A DNA stretch of 64,000 bases, from positions 39,866,001-39,930,000 of the forward strand of contig OX597839.1 of assembly GCA_951406725.2 (NCBI GenBank), written 5' to 3'. The position numbers and the translations under genes were made by a program. Below the pieces are notes generated by a model. That model searched no databases. It saw only the letters and a list, made by a program, of their open reading frames with translations, and had not been told where the DNA came from. This stretch comes from Octopus vulgaris (lineage: Eukaryota). Shown here piece after piece: positions 43,858-58,106 of this stretch. Position 1 is the first letter of the stretch. Every line of letters begins with the position of its first letter.

Positions 43858-44415
43858 AATTGAAACCGTATGGCATATTACCAGCCAATGTACGCCGCTA
43901 GTCAAGAAGGAGTATAAGAGACGCTACGACAATATAGCCAGGCTTCTCCATTGGACACTTTGCAACAAGTATGGACTTGACAGAGCAAAAAATTGGTACA
44001 ACCACAAACCTGAAAGCGTTTTTGAAAATAGAAATGCAAAGATCCTATGGGATTTTATGATTCAGTGAGGCCATGAGATAGAGAATAGGAAGCCGGACAT
44101 AGTCTTAATTGAGAAAGAAAACAAACTATGCTGGATCATAGATATAGCATACCCAACTGACAACAAGTTATGCGACAAGGAAGAAGAAAAAGTCGAGAGA
44201 TATGACAGGTTAGCTTGGGAAGTTAAACAATTGTGGTTGCTGAAAAAGGTAGTAGTAGTATCAATAATTGTCGGAGCCCTGGGAACAGTGAGCAAAAATT
44301 TCGAGAAGTATGTGAAACAAATAGAGGCTGCAATAAGGGTGGAGCACTTGCAGAAAATAGCACTGCTTGGGGCCGACCAAAGATTTGTGTCAGATAGTAA
44401 CTTAAAAAAGCTCAT
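43858..44415 (+). mobile_element. Second, divergent R4/Dong-type LINE fragment
   Basis: ETVWHITSQC, YKRRYDN, ILWDF, KPDIV, IIDIA, IIVGALG and LQKIALLG, with stops. Begins in (TAA)n. Confidence 0.85.
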
Positions 44416-44416
44416 C

Positions 44417-44479
<63 letters not shown>

Positions 44480-44710
44480 TATATACATACATACATACAT
44501 GCATATATAAGTAGTTGAATGAATTATCTTAGTATGGATAATTCGGTTAACCGATACCTGGGTAGCAAATTCACGTCAGAAAAACACGGTTGAAGCTACA
44601 TGCCAAGGGCAGAGATCACGTGCTTTCGTGTGGAAATTTGTGCGTGTTTTTAATACAAATAAATGGGGCAGTCATCTAAGAGCTTTTGTTCATCTTGATG
44701 CTGACATAGG

Positions 44711-44809
44711 TTCCTTGTTCTTCCTGATGAGAAGGCGGCATAATGCACCCCTTATTCCTTCGAAATTAGGAATATGCAGCCTTCGAAACATATGTCGAGA
44801 ATAAAGGAA
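44711..44809 (+). ncRNA. Minimal type-I hammerhead ribozyme, canonical core
   Basis: CTGATGA at 44724-44730; stem II gaaggc-g-gcata/tatgc-a-gccttc; GAAA at 44785-44788; palindromic stem III ACATATGT; GUC cleavage site ending at 44796; stem I ttccttgttcttc/gagaataaaggaa with bulges. Confidence 0.9.
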
Positions 44810-44863
44810 TTTTGTTAAATCGTCGTTCAACTCCATTCTTTCATTTATTTATCTTAAAAAATA

Positions 44864-44934
<71 letters not shown>

Positions 44935-45652
44935 GTGTGTGTGTGTGTGTATCTATGTATGTATATATATGTGTGTAAATAAATATATATATATACATAC
45001 ATATATATATACCCTTAAAGCAGTGCTCCAGCACGGATGCAATCTAATGACTCGAACATGCAAAAGATAATACAGTCATACTCACACACGCACAGGCACA
45101 CACATACACACACGTTTATACATTATACGCTCCACTGATTCCGAAAATCTACCTCTGACAACTTTCGCTATAGTGGTTGGTATGCATTTACATCACCATA
45201 TTCAATTCCCAGCGCTGCCAGAGCCTACGCCAACATCGCTGACACAACCACATCTAACAAGCATACGTTTATTAAGAGAGCCACCGCCATGTACTCTACA
45301 GGCAATGCCATCATCGTCGTTGTCGACGTTGTCGTCAGGGTCATTATCACCATCACCGCAATCACCATCATTACCACCACCATCATCAACATCCTCCTCC
45401 TCCTCCTCATCATCATCATCATCCTCATTACCATCGATAAGGGGTAAGTAGAACGTGTGCGTACTTTTGAACCGTGTGAATTGTTTAGTTAAATACGTAG
45501 GAATACATTTACACACGGCCATACGCACATCTACGAGTTCCTGGAACACTTTCTCACACTCAAGGAAGTCAGTTTACATCCCTCTCTCACTCTGTCTGTC
45601 TGTCTATCTCTCTCTCTTTCTCTCTTTGTCTATCAATCAATCAATCCTTCTG

Positions 45653-45715
<63 letters not shown>

Positions 45716-45799
45716 CTTACATAAATACATACCGATATAGTTTGTGGGCATATACACATACATTCACACACACATACACACCCCACATGTCTATGTTTG

Positions 45800-45831
<32 letters not shown>

Positions 45832-45834
45832 CTC

Positions 45835-45887
<53 letters not shown>

Positions 45888-46788
45888 CATATATATACAC
45901 ATATATATATATATACATACACATGTAGTCATCTTTACACATATATACATATATACACATACATACATATATGATATATGTATGAATGTATGTATGTATG
46001 TATGTTTGCATGTATGTATGTATATGAGTACGTATCGTAAGCATACACACATACGAACGTTCTATAATTGCTCCTCTGTGTCTCATTGTCTAATACAGCT
46101 ATTCAGCTTTGATTTTATACGTAATTAATATATTTTTCTTGTAAATGAATGAGACCGAGGAACAAAAACAAAAAAAAAAGAAAGGAAAATAAATAAGGAA
46201 AAAACAAATCAAAGCAAAATAAAAAAACGAAACAAAACACGACAAAATTACGACAGCAAACAAGAACATTGAAACACAAGAAAAATTCGGTAATAGACTG
46301 GGGAAAGACTTGATTCCGCAGAATAACTAAATAAATATAAAAGATGATCTCCTCAAGAGTCTGGCAACTAATGTGTTTTTCTGTATTTTATTTCGACCAA
46401 TTAATGTGTTGGCAGAGTCAATCGTTGTTTGAGATATGTCGCATAATCTCTGGGAAACGCACAAAGGAGAATACCTTTTCGTTGACAAATGGCGGACAGA
46501 TTTACTATTTTTTTTTAAAAATCTCTTTGTGGATGCTTAGTTACACCACTTGTAGAGCGGACAGTCAGTGTCTTTGTGGTCATTCGTCGCCGCCACCTCC
46601 GCCGCCGCTGTCGTCGTAGTCATCGCAGTCACGTGTCATCATTTTGACTGCGTTGGTGGCGCTACTATGAATGCCTTCCCGATTAAGCGCGAATTTCTCC
46701 CAACTCGTAGCGTCACTGACTTCCTCGTAGTGTTTTCTTGGCAGCCATATTGCGGTGGTTTTTCCGTTGCCTTCCCTGAACCCCTCTC

Positions 46789-46833
<45 letters not shown>

Positions 46834-46837
46834 TTAC

Positions 46838-46873
<36 letters not shown>

Positions 46874-47049
46874 CACCACCAATCAATTGTTTGTGCTGTA
46901 CGTTAGATCACTCTCTCGCTGCCGTATGTCAAGTAATAAACACTCCAGAAATTGTCGCAAGGCCAGCAGTTTTATGGGGCGGGGGTAGATCACATTGACA
47001 CCTCCCCCCGGTACTTATATTATCGAGAAAGAAAAGACGGGAAGGAAAG

Positions 47050-47467
47050 TGCCGGGGTCGACTTGCTCGACTAAAGGCGGTGCTCCAGCATGGCCGCAAT
47101 CAAAATGACTGAAACAAGTAAAAGAGTAAAAGAGAGTAAAGAGCAGTAGTGATAGTGACTTCGAAGTTCCGACCTAGACTGAGCAACGAAGGCTTGAGAG
47201 TGGATTTGGTAGGCAGAAACTGAAAGAAGCCCGTCGTATATACAAGTGTGTGTGTGTGTATGTGTGCGACTTTGTGTCTGTGTTTGACCCCCCACTACTG
47301 TTTGGCAACCGGTGGTGGAGTGTTTACGTCCCCGTAATTTTGTGGTACGGCAAAAGAGATGGATAAGTTTATAAAAACAAGTACAGGGGTTGTCTCGTCC
47401 AACTAAAATTCTTCAAGGCGGTGCCCCAGCATGGCCGAAGTCTCATGACTGAAACAAGTAAGGTAAA

Positions 47468-47470
<3 letters not shown>
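47050..47470. mobile_element. Cluster of SINE family B fragments
   Basis: A 3' end at 47050-47140 followed by a 5'-truncated copy at 47190-47470. Confidence 0.7.
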
Positions 47471-47542
<72 letters not shown>

Positions 47543-47614
47543 ACAGGCAAAAGAAGTACTCTTACACATACATATAGAGACCCACACAGACACACATAAG
47601 CACCCACAAGCACA

Positions 47615-47700
<86 letters not shown>

Positions 47701-48225
47701 AGTGTCCCATTAGAAATGAATCTGAAACGTTTTTTTTTCTCCTTCTAATGACCAACAAAACAAACGAAGCGAATCGCAAAAATGAGATTTCCTGATAGAA
47801 AAATGATTAAACGGCGACTATAAAACTGCAATCATTCTTCCACTCGTATGACATCTGTAAACCATTTCAGGAATTAGTTGCGCCTGAGATTTGCGGTGCC
47901 ATACACTTTGCTCGATTCCGTATATACGTTTTTCCCAATTTTAATTTTTTTTTTTTGTATGGGTATAAATGATGTAAATATATCAAGTATATTTATATGA
48001 GACTATTTCGGCTATATCGGTACCAACAACACTGAATAACAGTACTCTATTACTGCTATCATTAATGTGCCTACGTCCAACTAATTGACCGAGATTACCA
48101 GATGTATATATTTGTTAAATATGTAACACAATATAAAAACCGAAAATATAGTTTGTAAACCATTAAATTGTGTTAGAAAGGCGTCGACCGAAATAAATTA
48201 AAAATCTTAGGAAATTATATATAAA

Positions 48226-48435
48226 CGAGGGGTGGTTGAAAAGTTCCCGGGTTTGGCTAGAAATAAAAAAAAACTACTGGAGGATCAGTTCTGATTTTAT
48301 TCGACATATTCTCTTACTGATTCACACGTATTTTGCAGCGGTTTTCAGTTTTCCTGTAAAAGAACTCGGAAGGCTGGACCACCAACCACGCCTTTCTCGT
48401 TACAATCAGAGCTAAGAACTTTTCAGCCCACCCTC

Positions 48436-48436
<1 letters not shown>
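48226..48436. mobile_element. Mariner-type MITE
   Basis: Imperfect TIRs cgaggggtggttgaaaagttc / gaacttttcagcccaccctcg. TA follows the right end; the left flank reads AA. Confidence 0.75.
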
Positions 48437-48499
<63 letters not shown>

Positions 48500-48888
48500 G
48501 TACTCTTTTATACTCTTTTACTTGTTTCAGTCATTTGACTGCGGCCATGCTGGAGCACCGCCTTTAATCGAGCAACTCGACCCCGGGACTTATTCATTTT
48601 GTAAGCCCAGTACTTATTCTATCGGTCTCTTTTGCCGAACCCTAATTGACGGGGACGTAAACACACCAGCAACTAGAAGGACAAACACAGACATACAAAC
48701 ATATACACACACATACATATATATACATATATACGACAGGCTTCTTTCAGTTTCCGTCTACCAAATCCACTCACAAGGCTTTGGTCGGCCCGAGGCTATA
48801 GTAGAATACACATGCCCAAGATGCCACGCAGTGTGACTGAACCCGGAACTATGTGGTTGGTTAGCAAGCTACTTACCACACAGCCATT
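48500..48888 (-). mobile_element. SINE family B
   Basis: Reverse complement of the family B pattern. Confidence 0.85.
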
Positions 48889-48961
48889 CAAGCATACATA
48901 CATACACATATGTTATTTCTATTTCTATGCTGATATTTTTATTTCGGCCAAATTTTTATCA

Positions 48962-49008
<47 letters not shown>

Positions 49009-49613
49009 CACACACACATATACACACACACACACTTATATATATGTATGTATATGCATATTTACTTACTGACATTTTTATTTCTGTCAAATTTTAAACA
49101 TAATTTACTTTTACGTACATATGTATACATATACATGCATATATAAAGAGACACATATGCTTACACATACCTCCACACACATACACCGACACATACACCG
49201 ACACATACACACATAGGGAAGAGAGTTTCCGGTAATGTGTTTCTAATTTACTTGATAATTCAATACGACATTCAGGAAATAAAATTGTTTCTTTTAGAAA
49301 ATTTGAAATTTGAAATTAGCGAGTGGCCTAAATACTAAAACAAACAAGATTGCCTTGCCTTGGAAACTCTTGAAAAAGTAATGCGACGTTGCTGCCTTGA
49401 GAAATCTAAAATACAGACTTGAAAATGTAGAGTGCACTCGTGAAAAGTAAAGTACAGATATGATTAATTGTAAACAGTTCTGGAAAAAAGCAGCGTATAG
49501 ATGTGAGACAGAGTAATTTTCAATGATCACATATGTAGCGTGAAATTTTGAAAAATATTCTGTGAAGTTCTGAAAAAAATAGGGTACAATCCCGCAGGAC
49601 TAAGTAGACAAAC

Positions 49614-49912
49614 TTGAAAAATGTAGCCCATAGTCCTAAAAAAGTAGTGAGTAGACTTGTAGGACGTAGTACACAGTCTTCAAAAATGAAGTGCGTAGCC
49701 CTGAAAATGTAGCCCATAGTCGTAAAAAAGTAGTGAGTAGTCTTGTAGGACGTAGTACGCAGTCTTCAAAAATGAAGTGTGTAGCCCTGAAAATGTAGCC
49801 CATAGTCCTAAAAAAGTAGTGGGTAGTCTTGTAGGACGTAGTACACAGTCTTCAAAAATGAAGTGTGTAGCCCCGAAAATGTAGCTCATAGTCGTAAAAA
49901 AAGTAGCGAGTA
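49614..49912. repeat. 86-bp tandem repeat, ~3.5 copies
   Basis: c(t/c)gaaaatgtagc recurs at 49701, 49787 and 49873. Confidence 0.9.
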
Positions 49913-50899
49913 ATACCTATTTCTTTATTACCCACAAGGGGCTAAACACAGAGTGGACAAACAAGGACAGACAAACGGATTAAGTCGATTATATCTACCC
50001 CAGTGCTGGTACTTAATTTAATCGACCCCGAAAGGATGAAAGGCAAAGTCAACCTCGGCGGAATTTGAACTCAGAACGTAACGGCAGACGAAATACCCAT
50101 TTCTTTACTACCCACAAGGCTCTAAAGACAGAGAGGACAAACAAGGACAGACAAACGGATTAAGTCGATTATATCGACCCAAGTGCGTAACTGGTACTTA
50201 TTTAATCGACCCCGAAAGGACGAAAGGCAAAGTCGACCCCGGCGGAATTTGAACTCAGAACGTAACGGCAGACGAAATACCTATTTCTATTTCTTTACTA
50301 CCCACAAGGGGCTAAACACAGAGTGGACAAACAAGGACAGACAAAAGAATTAAGTCGATTATATCGACCCTAGTGCGTAGCTGGTACTTATTCTATCGAC
50401 CCCGAAAGGATGAAAAGCAAAGTCGACCTCGGCAGAATTTGAACTCAGAACGCAACGGCAGACGAAATACCTATTTCTATTTCTTTACTACCCACAAGGG
50501 GCTAAACACAGAGAGGACAAACAAGGACAGACAAAAGAATTAAGTCGATTATATCGACCCTAGTGCGTAGCTGGTACTTATTTAATCGACCCCGAAAGGA
50601 TGAAAAGCAAAGTCGACCTCGGCAGAATTTGAACTCAGAACGCAACGGCAGACGAAATACCTATTTCTATTTCTTTACTACCCACAAGGGGCTAAACACA
50701 GAGAGGACAAACAAGGACAGACAAACGGATTAAGTCGATAATATCGACCCTAGTGCGTAGCTGGTACTTATTTAATCGACCCCGAAAGGATGAAAGGCAA
50801 AGTCGACCTCGGCGGAATTTGAACTCAGAACATACCGGCAGACGAAATACCGCTAAGCATTTCGCCCGACGTGCTAACGTTTCTGTCAGCTCGCCGCCT
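49912..50899 (-). mobile_element. SINE family A: one head plus five tandem 180-190 bp body units
   Basis: Unit junctions at 49912, 50092, 50276, 50466, 50656 and 50846. Confidence 0.9.
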
Positions 50900-51817
50900 T
50901 AAAAAGAGCAACAATAATAATCGGTTCAGCAATTTGAGGGAAGTGTTAAGTTGATTGGAGGGGCTCAGTTGATTAGATTTTACCCAAGAAACCATCCAGG
51001 TTGTATTCAGATTAAGTGGGAGAGCCAAATGGATGTCAATGACTGCTCACTTCTATATAAGCATGGCACAATTTGCAACAGCGTGGTACATGCTCAAAAA
51101 TGACACTCGTTTGCGTGTAACGGATAAAGCAAAGACGATGCTCAAGATAATAAGACATCTTGCATGCAACCCCAAAACTCCGAGTGAGTAAAGCCGTCGG
51201 TAATAGTAGTCAGCATGGGTGGAACGACTGAAATACACGCGTGCCCACACGCATGCGCACACACGCACACGCACCTACACACACATACACACATACACAC
51301 TCACTATATATATATCTCTCTCTCACACACACTCTCTCCCTCTCGTGCACACACACACACACTCACTCACTCACTCAGAGTCTTTCTCTCTCTCACACAT
51401 ACACACTCTCTCCTTCTCGCACACACACACACACACACACACTCACATGTACACGTACAAATGCACACACAAACACACGCATGCACACTTACATACATGC
51501 AGCCAACACACACATGCAAAGCACACACATGTGCACATACAAACGTACACACATACTCACACACTATATCTCTCCCTCTCGCACACACACACACAGACAC
51601 TCACTCGTACACACACGCTCGCACACTTACACATACACAGCCAACACACACACACACTCTCCCAATTTTTCACCTACGCACATTCTCTCCTATACATATA
51701 CACACACACTACCACACACAAACACTCCACTCTCCCAAACCAAGTACACTCTCACTCTCTCTCACCCACATACAGTCATATATATACTCTACATCAAGTG
51801 ACTCTTTCTTTCTTTCT

Positions 51818-51848
<31 letters not shown>

Positions 51849-52230
51849 CTCTTTCTTTCTTTCTTTCTTTCTTTTTCCTTTCTCTCTCTCTCTCTCTACC
51901 ATACAGACATGCTCTTTCACAAACACACAAACGCACACCTTCACATGTACATACACATGTAAACTCTCACCAACACCCACACATACACCCACCCCCACAC
52001 ACACCCACTCACACTCACTCTCTCACACACACACACCCACACACCCCATTATTGCACTTTCTACCTGTTGGGCGAAGGTATAAAATTGCATTAGTTAGAG
52101 ATAAAATTGGGAATTATAGCGAAAACTTGATATCAACGTTGACATCTTGTTTTATTATTGTCACTACTAGTAGTAGTAGTAGTAATATCAGCAGCAGCAG
52201 CTGTACTAGAATTAGTAGTATTAGTAGCGA

Positions 52231-52269
<39 letters not shown>

Positions 52270-54349
52270 CAGTAGTGGTAGTAATAGTAGTAGTAGTAAT
52301 AGTAGAAGTAGTAGTAGAAGTAGAAGTAGTAGTAGTGATAGTATTAGTGGTGATTGTGGTGATAGTAGTAGTAGTAATAGTAATAGTAGTAGAAATAGTA
52401 GTAGTTATAATAGTAGTGGTGGTAGTAGTAGTAGAAGTAGTAGTAGTGATGGTGTGAGTAGTAGCAGTGGTAGTAGTAGTAGTAGAAATAATAGTAGTAG
52501 TAGTACTAGCAGAAGTAGTAGTAGTAATAGTAGTTGTAGAAATAATAGTAGTAGTAGTATTAGCAGTAGTAGTAGTAGTAATAGTAGTAGTAGAAATAAT
52601 AGTAATAGTAGTACTAGCAGTAGTAGTAGTAGTGGTGGTAGTAGTAATAGAAGTAGTAATAGTAGTGGTGGGACTACTAGTAGTAGTAGTATTAGTGGTA
52701 GCAGTAGTAATACTAGTAGTATTAGTAGTAGTAGTAGTGTGTAGTAGTAGTAACGACTTCTCCCGCCATTTCCTCGGCTTCTACTTGCAATGTAGTAATA
52801 ATGCATGTGCTAAGATTTCTTCGTCATTGGCATCAAATGGTGATGATGATGATGATGATGTTCGTCATCATCATCATCATCATCATCACCACCGAACCCA
52901 CACGTCTGTCATGGTTCTTATCAGCAGTACCATCATCATTATCATCGTCCCCCTCATCATCATCATTATCATCATCATCATCATCACCACTATCATTGTC
53001 ATCGTTGATAGTACCGTCAACCAACAACCGACAGCACCTTTATCTCCATCTTCTACTCCCACTCCGCCTACTCCATCCACCTCCACGTCACCTTTTCCTC
53101 CCAATCCTTCCCCCACCACCTTCCTTCCTAACACCACCGCAATTTTTGACACATTTTAATAAATAATTATCAGGCAATGTTTCATGACGAATGGTGACAT
53201 TTAAAGGGTCCATTGAAACCAAATAATTTATTAAATTGTTAATCATAGCAGCGTCTCTTATCTTGCTTGCTTCAACCGCCTCCTCCGCGTCGCTTCCTAC
53301 TTTCTATCTCGGCATCTATTTATGCATATATACATCTTCATGTGTGAACGTGCATGTATGGCTACGTATTTGTGTATATTTCTATGTGTTTGTGTGTCTG
53401 AAAGGAAATAGCAAGAGATTTCTTCGGTTCGGTGTTTAAACTCCACGACTAATAATTATCAAAAATATTCTTATAACGTTGAAATTTCACATGGATCTTC
53501 TCTGATCCGTGTTTCAGAGGCGATACTTCGACACATCTTCAGCGATGTATCAGGGGCTTAAAGCGTATCAGCTTTTCGCTCGCCGTACGTACAGAATGCA
53601 TACATACATACATACATACATACATACATACATACATACATACATACATACATACATACATACATACATTCATCTAGTTATATGTTTGATAATATTTAAA
53701 ATTTTTTCTTTATGATCTGGTTTATATCTATCATTGTTTGACTTGCATAACAGTAGTTTTTCTCTTTCTATATATTATATATTTATATTGGGAAATTTGA
53801 TTAAATACTAAATTGAAATTACCCAGTACGTCTGAAGTTAAACTCCCTAATATTACATATATATATATATATATATATATATAACAGCCCTCATTGTTTT
53901 TGTTACTGTTATTCTCCTTGCCCTGTCTTTTACTGTTTATAATTTGTACTGTCTTTACTGTCCTGTTTTTGTTACCATTTTTACCCCTCCGCAAAAAAAT
54001 CTCAAATTTTATTTAATTTGCTTTTTGCGGGAAGGAATGTTTCACCTAAGTCGTGTCTCGCCTTGACCTTCGAAACGCGGAGTAGATGAAACAGAGGCGA
54101 CTGAAGTAGGGGAATTTTCCATGTGTTAGATGTCCTGTACTCTATTTTTTCGTTGTTTTAGAAAAATGTCCATTTCCTTGGTTTTGTGTTTTGGTCTTAC
54201 GAAGAATAAGTCCTGGGGTCGTTTGTTCGACTAAAGGCGGTGCTCCAGCTTAGCCGCAGTCAAATGACTGAAACAAGTAAAAGAATAAAAGAATAAAAGA
54301 ATATGGACGAAGACTGGAAAATATATTCGAGTCAACACACAGAACTGTA

Positions 54350-55212
54350 ATAGACATACACACACACAAACACATACACGCATACACACACACACAGACG
54401 CAAACACATTCATACACAAACACACGCATTCGTACACAAATATTTACGTACACACACACAATCAAACGTGCACGTGCATACACACACAAACACGCAAACA
54501 CACTCACAAACACTCTCTCACAGCAAATATGCACACAGAAAGAGATATACACACTAGAAAAAAACCAACACACACACACACATACACACAATCACTTACA
54601 CGCAGGCACATACATGCACAATCACATATACATACAAACCTACTGACACAAACACACTCACACAGACACACACACAAACATGCACAAAGACACATATACA
54701 GACACGAACACACACACTCACATAATCAAACACAGACACACACAGACACATGCATACACTCACACACACATGATCACACACACAAGCACACACACTTACA
54801 CACAATCTCACACACATATATGTACACACACAGGCACACATGCACAAACACACTCACACAGACACACACTCTTACACTACACAAACTCACACACACAAAT
54901 GTACACACACACGCGCGCATGCACACACACACTAATGTACACACACACGCGCACATGCACACACACACACACACTCACACATACACACACAAGCACACAC
55001 ACACCACACAAACTCACACACACATATGCACACAAACACACACACATGCACACACACACACACACACAAGCACACATACTTACACACAAACTCTCACACA
55101 CATACACTTGCGCACAAACACACAGACGCACATGCACACACACAGTCACAGAGACACACACACTTACACACACACGCACGCACACACGCACGCACACACA
55201 CACACACACACA
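54350..55212. repeat. Degenerate (CA)n field
   Basis: Seen directly. Similar fields at 51235-52045 and, as (GT)n, 58545-59050. Confidence 0.9.
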
Positions 55213-55417
55213 TTTTTCCGTTCACTCCAAGAGGCAGACATTCTCGGAATATTTTCCTGAACTTTCGGATCCCGTTTGTTTACATTCAAAACAATCTGCC
55301 AAAACAGGATGCGTGTGGTTGCGTGTCTGTATTCCCCTCTATGCGGGTACGTGTGTATAGGTGTGTGTTGTGTGTGTGTGTGTGTGTATACGCATAAATA
55401 TACATATACACTCATAT

Positions 55418-55761
55418 ACTCTTTTACTCTTGTACTTGTTTCAGTCATTTGACTGCGGCCATGCTGGAGCACCGCCTTTAATCGAGCAACTCGACCCCGG
55501 GACTTATTCTTTTGTAAGCCCAGTACTTATTCTATCGGTCTCTTTTGCTGAACCGCTAAGTAACGGGGACATAAACACACCAGCATCGGTTGTCAAGCAA
55601 TGCTAGGGGGACAAACACACACAAACATATATATATATATAAATATATATATAATCGCAATCATTAACATTTATGTATTATCTTTATTGGGTACTTCACT
55701 AGCAGTATTTTGGAAATATGTTGTCCCATAGAGGGTTGCATTTACAACCCCTATCTCAATT

Positions 55762-55800
<39 letters not shown>

Positions 55801-55938
55801 GACAGGTTTCTTTCAGTTTCTGTCAGCCAAATCCACTCACAAGGCATTGGTCGGCCCGGGGCTATAGCAGAAGACACTTGCCCAAGATGCCACGCAGTGG
55901 GACTGAACCCGGAACCATGTGGTTGGTTAGCAAGCTAC
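55418..55938 (-). mobile_element. SINE family B interrupted within its internal (TA)n by a ~110-bp insert
   Basis: Family B halves at 55418-55625 and 55797-55938, with unrelated sequence at 55654-55762 between TA tracts. Confidence 0.8.
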
Positions 55939-56331
55939 TTTATTTCAAAACATTTGCCATAAAGGCAGTACACAGATTAAGTTAGCTTTGCGGGCTGGAC
56001 GAGGACATTATTGAGGTGAATGATAATGAAAGAAAGATGATAAGGATGGGAGAAGACAGAAAGCGCCCGCCGACTTTTGCTTCTGTAAAACATTGTTCTT
56101 TTTAAAAAGATAAACACAAAACGAGGGTAGCAAAAAAATTCAAGAAAAATTCAAGAAAAATTTTCTGCAACCAGCGGTCAAGTGAGAAAGTAGAAATAGT
56201 CACAGACTATATAATATATTCAACAATAGTATTAAGGAATGACCCTTATATATATATTATATAAGGTTAAGTAAAGTTTAAAAACACGTTAAGCAGAAGA
56301 ATTACATTTTATACATCATATATATGCATAT

Positions 56332-56362
<31 letters not shown>

Positions 56363-56422
56363 CATACATACATATATATACATATATACATACATATATA
56401 TATATGTATATATTTGTATATT

Positions 56423-56550
<128 letters not shown>

Positions 56551-56770
56551 TAAATTAGAGATAAATTATCTTTTTTTAATAATTTTGATATATATTTAAA
56601 ATAATATAAATTAATTAATCTTATGTATTGGCTTAAGTTTTTCATTCTATGATTTGCCTAATAGTGGTTTTATCTCTAATTTAATATAATATAATATTTA
56701 CTATAAAATTGGACTCAATCCTAAATCTGATTTTTCCCTGTAAGTTTGGATTTATTTCCCAATATTTTAT

Positions 56771-56847
<77 letters not shown>

Positions 56848-57203
56848 GCCTAGATATTATATATAAAATGCAATTCTTCTTCACCTGCGGAACCTCTTTT
56901 GGTTACAAACAAACATTTATCCAGTAAAATCTTATTTGTTTTTCGACAAAAAAACTTTGTTTATACGAAACCTTTTTTTCTGCATGAAATCTTTTTCACT
57001 TAAATACGATTCCATCGCACCTTCCCCCCCCTCGCCTCTCTCTTTATTTCTATGTAATACTCACCTTTTATGAAAACATACCTTGATATATTTTTACAGT
57101 TTAACTGTTACATGGAAATATTTATGTGGAAAAACTTTCGTTCTATTTTTACTTTTGTATAATAGAAATATTTACTGTTAGCAATAAAACTTGCTTTATT
57201 GAA

Positions 57204-57260
<57 letters not shown>

Positions 57261-57281
57261 CGTGTGCATATATCCACACAA

Positions 57282-57316
<35 letters not shown>

Positions 57317-57460
57317 CATACATACACACACACACATATATATTGATAGATAGATATATACAAACATATATAAATATATCAAAATCGCATATATATCTAT
57401 CTATATATATGTATATATACACACACACACACACACACACATATATAATATTTATATATG

Positions 57461-57502
<42 letters not shown>

Positions 57503-57557
57503 GCATATATATATATATTATGCATATGTGTTTATGCATATTTATTTACATACATAC

Positions 57558-57599
<42 letters not shown>

Positions 57600-58029
57600 T
57601 ATCTTTACATATATATATACATCATGTAGTGGGATGGCATGTGGTGAGATGGTTAAGAGAGAGGTAAAAGCGAGACAGTGAGAGGGAGGGAGAGATATAG
57701 AAAGAGAGAAAGACAGGTATACATACTCATAAACGAGGAAAGCATGAGGACGTAGTGATAGTTCTTGGAATACAAACATACAGAGAGCGAGAGAGAGAGA
57801 GAGAAAGAGAGAGAGGGCGGTTGGAGAGATTGATTGTGTAAGTGAGAGACGGGAAGACATATTGTATTTTGAGAGAGAAAGAGAGGAATATATATATACT
57901 TGTTAAGAGGGAGAGAGTGTGATAGAGACGTGCATATACATTGATTTTTTGATAAAGTGAGCGGTTGAGAAGCAGAGAGAAGATGCATTTATCTAGTGTG
58001 TGCGTGTGTGTGTCTGTGATGTGTGTGAG

Positions 58030-58106
<77 letters not shown>

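Noticed and set aside
50930-51230. Unique-looking island as a possible exon
   Set aside because: No recognisable protein motif or convincing splice-site pair.
53495-53548. Minus-strand CTGAAGA...GAAA candidate
   Set aside because: Stems I and II pair poorly.
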